Virus record (IMG/VR): IMGVR_UViG_3300025862_000141
Location: 1 to 58,184 of that record
Origin: a virus
Lineage: Duplodnaviria > Caudoviricetes
Strand: one strand, 5' to 3'
DNA: 58,184 nt
Shown here in pieces: positions 53,783 through 58,184 of the stretch. The translations under genes were made by a program, and so were the position numbers. Positions within the stretch are counted from its first letter, which is position 1. The number at the start of each line of letters is the position of its first letter. The notes under the pieces are model-generated. The model was not told the origin of the DNA, did no database searches, and saw only the letters and a program-made list of their open reading frames with translations.

Positions 53783-54917
53783 TATGACCATTCCAGTTTT
53801 CAAACCGAACCTACGTACTCAAGAAATATTGGATGCGTTGAAACCTGTTCTTAACAGCGGGTGGATTGGACTTGGCCCTAAAGTCAAACAGTTTGAAGAT
53901 GAGTTTGCGGCGTTACACCGTATGCCTCATGCCGTGGCTTTGAACTCCTGTACAGATGCTTTGCATCTGTCATTACGGGTTTTGGGCATTGGTCATGGTG
54001 ACGAAGTATTGGTTCCAGCATTGACCTTTGGATCGACCGCACTAGCGGCTATGTATGTAGGAGCAACGCCTGTGTTTGTGGATTCATGTGAAGATACGTT
54101 ATGTCTTGACCCACTGGATATTGAACGAAAGATAACTCCGCGTACCCGCGCTATTATGGTTGTTCACTATGGTGGTCATCCCGCAAATATGTTGGCTATT
54201 CTTGAGATAGCCAAGCGGCATAACTTGCGTGTGATTGAAGATTGTGCTCATGCGATCGGAGCAACGCTTAACGATGAACTGGTGGGTACATTTGGAGATA
54301 TTGCGGCATTTAGCTTTCATGCGGTCAAGGGTGTACCCATTGGTGATGGAGGTATGATTCTGTTGCGTGATGCTATGCAAGCAACTGAACTAAGAAAATT
54401 ACGTTGGCTTGGCATTGATAAGGATACGTGGGCACGGCAATCAGGGGAGTATGCGTGGCGATATAGCATTGATGATCTTGGCTATAAAATGCACATGAGT
54501 GATATTCCCGCTACGATTGGCCTGGTTCAACTCAAGTATATGCGAGCCGATATCCGGACGCGGGCCGCATTGGCCCTTCGGTATTCTACGGCGTTTGCGC
54601 ATTTGACAAAGTGGTTACGAACCCCTATCGAATTGTCTGGCGTCAAAAGTGCGTGGCACAACTACGTGATTCGGTTAGATCCATCTATTGATCGAGAAGG
54701 GTTTATGCTGTATCTTGCGGATAAAGGAATATCAACGAGTGTTCACTATGAACCTTTGACGCATCATGGTGTTTTTCAAAAGAGCGTTGGGGTTGTTCCA
54801 GTTGTTGAACGAATATGGACAACGTTAGTAACGTTGCCGTTGTTTGCGGGCATGATGTTGGAAGAACATGATTATGTGGTTGCATCTGTTAATGACTTTT
54901 TTTCTGAAAAAGTATGA
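53772..54917 (+). CDS. DegT/DnrJ/EryC1/StrS PLP-dependent sugar aminotransferase
   Basis: SGWIGLGPKVKQFE, NSCTDALHL, GATPVFVD, IEDCAHA and FSFHAVK...GDGG motifs. Confidence 0.95.
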   Translation: MTNNMTIPVFKPNLRTQEILDALKPVLNSGWIGLGPKVKQFEDEFAALHRMPHAVALNSCTDALHLSLRVLGIGHGDEVLVPALTFGSTALAAMYVGATPVFVDSCEDTLCLDPLDIERKITPRTRAIMVVHYGGHPANMLAILEIAKRHNLRVIEDCAHAIGATLNDELVGTFGDIAAFSFHAVKGVPIGDGGMILLRDAMQATELRKLRWLGIDKDTWARQSGEYAWRYSIDDLGYKMHMSDIPATIGLVQLKYMRADIRTRAALALRYSTAFAHLTKWLRTPIELSGVKSAWHNYVIRLDPSIDREGFMLYLADKGISTSVHYEPLTHHGVFQKSVGVVPVVERIWTTLVTLPLFAGMMLEEHDYVVASVNDFFSEKV

Positions 54918-55450
54918 CCCCTAATTATCGGAAGTTGTGGATTGAGGCAGAAGGCGCGGATTATCGAAAGTCTACGTATGATCGGCAAAGTGAACACGGG
55001 ACAAAGCCGTTGACATCAAATCCCACAATTGATGAAATCCGAATGGTGTTACGTGGGTGTTACGCTAAAACTGTTTTGGAAGTGGGATGTGGGTGGGGTC
55101 GGTTACTTGAACCATTGGCCGATGAGTTTATGGTAGAGGGCTGTGATATTTCCAAGGAAATGCTTGCTCATGTCCCAAAACATATCAAGACATTTGAATT
55201 TGATATTACGTTTCCAAACACTTATCCACGCGGAGCTAAGTATGGGATTGTTTATGATGTGGCGTTTACGCGTGGGGTGTTGCATTATCTATTACCTGAC
55301 CTTGTATTGGTTGAACGTGCTGTTTCTAATTTAATGGAGTTAGCTAAGAAAGTTGTTCTTTGGGAATATGTTGAAGTGTGTGATGCAATAGCCCGTGTGA
55401 ATCCTCGGCATGGTTTTGATTTTCGGCCTATTAAGCGAGTACAAGAATAA
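54914..55450 (+). CDS. Class I SAM-dependent methyltransferase
   Basis: VLEVGCGWGR, GCDISKEML and YDVAFTRGVLHY motifs. Confidence 0.85.
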   Translation: MTPNYRKLWIEAEGADYRKSTYDRQSEHGTKPLTSNPTIDEIRMVLRGCYAKTVLEVGCGWGRLLEPLADEFMVEGCDISKEMLAHVPKHIKTFEFDITFPNTYPRGAKYGIVYDVAFTRGVLHYLLPDLVLVERAVSNLMELAKKVVLWEYVEVCDAIARVNPRHGFDFRPIKRVQE

Positions 55451-56385
55451 TGCGTATTATTTGGATTCACGCCCACTGTAAAAAGGTTTTTTCGGCAACG
55501 GCCCGGTTTAATGTATTGCCTAATCACGCGTATCTTTTAGAACGTGGTTTTGAATCTGTTTTAGTTACTAGCGTAGAAGAAGCCATCCCTCTGATAAAGG
55601 ACAATGACGTTGTTATTTGTATGTCGCCTGACGATGCCGATAAACTTGTCGGGCAAAAAATTGACAAACTGATTGTGTTTCAATCGGATGGGCCTATAGC
55701 ATCAACAGGGGTTTTGAATCGAGCCCAGGCAATTGTCGTGGACTCTACATTTTTAACGACACGAATACCGCCACGGTATAGAGGTAAAGTTCATTATATT
55801 CCTGATGCTCTTGAATTGGATAAGTCTAAGTTTATCCCGCATAAGTATCCTGTTAAAAACAAAGAAGATTGGCGGTTGGTTTGGATTGGATCGTCAGGTA
55901 ACTACTTTTTTGCGGAGCCCGTTATTAATGCATTGCGATCGGCGGGTTGGACGGTAGACTGTATTGGAGATAATCCAAGTACGGCTAATGTGGTTTGGGA
56001 TGTAAACACGTATGCGGATGAGATCAATAAGCGAGACATAGGCATTGTTCCGTATCCCGTGAACCTTCGTGTGGAGAACACAAACACCTTTGATAACTTT
56101 TGGTACAAGGATAACAATCGGGTTGTGACATTACAGGCGTGTGGTATTCCAGTAGTATGTTCGGCGTTACCCTCTTTTCTTCAATACGTTGAACATCTCT
56201 GTACAGGTGTAATCGCTAACCGTATCGAGGATTGGGTCAACGTTGTTGAAGATATAAGTGCAGAACCTTTTCTATATAACAATTTGGCGTCTGAAGGATA
56301 CAAGCAGGCGTGGCGATACGCCGATCTAAAAGTTACAACAAGAATGTGGATGAGATTAATACAAGGAGTTTTTCATGCACGTTAG
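55450..56385 (+). CDS. GT-B-fold (GT4-like) glycosyltransferase
   Basis: SATARF, HYIPD, LVWIGS, DIGIVP and K.NNRVVTLQACGIPVVCS motifs. Confidence 0.75.
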   Translation: MRIIWIHAHCKKVFSATARFNVLPNHAYLLERGFESVLVTSVEEAIPLIKDNDVVICMSPDDADKLVGQKIDKLIVFQSDGPIASTGVLNRAQAIVVDSTFLTTRIPPRYRGKVHYIPDALELDKSKFIPHKYPVKNKEDWRLVWIGSSGNYFFAEPVINALRSAGWTVDCIGDNPSTANVVWDVNTYADEINKRDIGIVPYPVNLRVENTNTFDNFWYKDNNRVVTLQACGIPVVCSALPSFLQYVEHLCTGVIANRIEDWVNVVEDISAEPFLYNNLASEGYKQAWRYADLKVTTRMWMRLIQGVFHAR

Positions 56386-57697
56386 GACATTGATTCTTGG
56401 TGGCGGTCCTGCTGGTGTATCAGCGGCATATCATCTCAAGGGTGCAGAACATTTGATTGTGGAGAGTAAAGATAGTCTTGGTGGCCTTGCGGGATCCGTT
56501 AACAAAAATGGATTTTGTTTTGATTACACAGGCCATTTATTACATCTTCATGATCCATATACCTTGAAACTTATTCCTGAATTGCTTGCTGGAAACATAA
56601 CCAAGCATGATCGACGAGCGTGGATCTATTCAAATGGAATTTTTACCAAATATCCATTTCAGGTCAACACGTTTGGGTTACCGCCTAAAGTCGTTGATGA
56701 ATGTGTACGTGGGTTTCGTCAGGCGGTTAATGCCCGTAAGCAGGGGGATTTGAAAGGATCATTTAGCGATTGGGTCATGAACACGTTTGGACCTGGCTTT
56801 GCTAAACACTTCTTTACGCCATACAATGAAAAGTTGTGGACGGTATCGTTGGAGGACATGACCACGGAGTGGATGGGGCAGTTTGTGCCAGTGCCAAAGG
56901 CATCAGAAGTTGACGCGGGAGCACTGGGTCACGTCAATAAAGCGTTTGGGTACAATGCGTCGTTCTATTATCCAATTCGTGGTGGAGTAAATGCGTTGGT
57001 TACGGTGTTGGCATTAAAAGGAAATGTAAATGCTTTGTTTAACACGCGAGTTATGCGTGTGCATATGGGTAGTAAGTGCGTAGACGTTGATGGAGGCCAC
57101 CCTAATACGCCGCGTCGTATTTTCTTTGATAACTTGATTAACACGTTACCGTTACGAACATTTGGGCATATGATTATTGACGCACCTAAGATGGTCAATG
57201 CGGCCGCCAGTCGTCTTCGTGCGACCAGTGTGTATAACCTTAATCTTGGGGTTCAACGAGAGAATTGTGGCGATGGGAAACATTGGGTATATTTTCCTGA
57301 GAAACAGTTCCCTTTTTATCGTGTTGGGTTTCCACACACATTCTCAACTGAAAGTGTACCCAAAGGATGTAGTTCGGTTTATGTGGAATGTGCACATAAT
57401 CCTATTAATGGGGCTATGGTGATGCCACGGCTTAAACGAGACTGTATTAAGGCGTTAAACGACTGTGGGATATTACGGAGTGATGACAAGATTCTGGCTG
57501 AAGTTGAACTGGTTATACCAACGGCATACGTGATCTATGACAAAGCACGAACGCCAAATGTAAACGTGATTATGGATTACTTGGCAAAGAATAAAGTTCA
57601 TAGCTTGGGCCGGTATGGGCAATGGAAGTACAGTTTTGTTGAGGAGGCCGTTCTCGAAGGGAAGAAAGTGGCTGAGAATATTTTGGGAGGGTTATGA
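56375..57697 (+). CDS. FAD-dependent oxidoreductase (protoporphyrinogen-oxidase / UDP-galactopyranose-mutase-like family seen in glycan clusters)
   Basis: ILGGGPAGVSAA, LGGLAGS, FDYTGHLLH, PYNEKLW, FYYP..GG and LGRYGQWKY motifs. Confidence 0.82.
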   Translation: MHVRTLILGGGPAGVSAAYHLKGAEHLIVESKDSLGGLAGSVNKNGFCFDYTGHLLHLHDPYTLKLIPELLAGNITKHDRRAWIYSNGIFTKYPFQVNTFGLPPKVVDECVRGFRQAVNARKQGDLKGSFSDWVMNTFGPGFAKHFFTPYNEKLWTVSLEDMTTEWMGQFVPVPKASEVDAGALGHVNKAFGYNASFYYPIRGGVNALVTVLALKGNVNALFNTRVMRVHMGSKCVDVDGGHPNTPRRIFFDNLINTLPLRTFGHMIIDAPKMVNAAASRLRATSVYNLNLGVQRENCGDGKHWVYFPEKQFPFYRVGFPHTFSTESVPKGCSSVYVECAHNPINGAMVMPRLKRDCIKALNDCGILRSDDKILAEVELVIPTAYVIYDKARTPNVNVIMDYLAKNKVHSLGRYGQWKYSFVEEAVLEGKKVAENILGGL

Positions 57698-58005
57698 AAA
57701 AGAAACTAAAGCCAAGAAATAGATTCATGAAACTGGATGCTCAATCGCTTATAAAAAAATTGTTCAAGTGTGGATATAGTACGGTAACCGTTGAGCGTTG
57801 TTTGGGGTTGCCTATGTATACATTGAGCAAGGACTGTAAATGGTCGCCAATAGAAGTGGCATTATTACGCTTACTTGTTACTTATCCATGGCTTGTTGAA
57901 GTTGCAACTCTGAACTATGATCCGATTTTGTCGCAAGTGGCACTGGCCCATGCTGGTATAAATCAAGCGGCAAAACTCATGCTAAAAGTAAAGGTAGGAA
58001 ATTAA
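57694..58005 (+). CDS. Hypothetical protein
   Basis: GGGAGG and ATGA overlap. Confidence 0.55.
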   Translation: MKKKLKPRNRFMKLDAQSLIKKLFKCGYSTVTVERCLGLPMYTLSKDCKWSPIEVALLRLLVTYPWLVEVATLNYDPILSQVALAHAGINQAAKLMLKVKVGN

Positions 58006-58184
58006 TATGCCAAATCTTTGTGTACTTTGTGATGTTGAAACAACGGGATCCTATGGGTGTCGTCCGTTATGTTTCGAACATTATAAAAAGGGCGAAAATC
58101 TTGATAACTTACCCGATACTTGGCAACCAAAAGAATTAGTTATGAATGAAATATTTTCTTTAAAAGCATTTCAAGCCGAGCAAC

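Larger units (their letters stand above)
1..58184 (+). mobile_element. Fragment of a large dsDNA bacteriophage genome (early, replication, glycosylation and packaging modules)
   Basis: Large terminase, phage-type PolA/primase/helicase, several HNH endonucleases and inteins, YopX, ABA-sandwich and KTSC proteins; dense single-strand gene layout; no host housekeeping operons. Confidence 0.95.

Noticed and set aside
37539-57697. Host O-antigen or capsule locus flanking a prophage
   Set aside because: Glycan genes are interleaved and translationally coupled with phage genes on both sides of the terminase; no wzx, wzy or wza-like genes and no att or integrase boundary are visible.

Overview
This 58 kb window looks like part of a large tailed dsDNA phage genome. 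Essentially every credible gene is on the + strand, tightly packed, with many ATGA/TAATG stop-start overlaps. No capsid or tail genes, integrase, tRNA, rRNA or CRISPR array were recognised. The modules are: (1) ~1-9.6 kb, small early/accessory genes behind a repeated promoter/operator motif, including a DUF932-like protein and a protein with twelve 30-bp tandem repeats; (2) ~9.6-36.8 kb, DNA modification, replication and recombination: a C5 methyltransferase, SF2 helicase, HerA-like ATPase, UDG-fused family A polymerase with an HNH intein, N4/N6 methyltransferase, beta clamp, RecA, DnaC-like loader, DnaB, DnaG, a split SbcC plus SbcD, and a resolvase; (3) ~36.8-57.7 kb, a NusG/KOW-type regulator followed by a nucleotide-sugar and glycosyltransferase cluster (five GT2-like, one GT-B-like, PseB-like dehydratase, RmlD-like reductase, DegT aminotransferase, SAM methyltransferase, FAD oxidoreductase) that wraps around the terminase genes; the large terminase carries two inteins. 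The two most striking items are the C5 methyltransferase gene, which contains two complete genes nested in its +1 frame (one an apparently intact HNH endonuclease), and the phage-encoded glycan pathway with its own antiterminator-like protein. All family calls come from motif recognition by eye; no database search was run.
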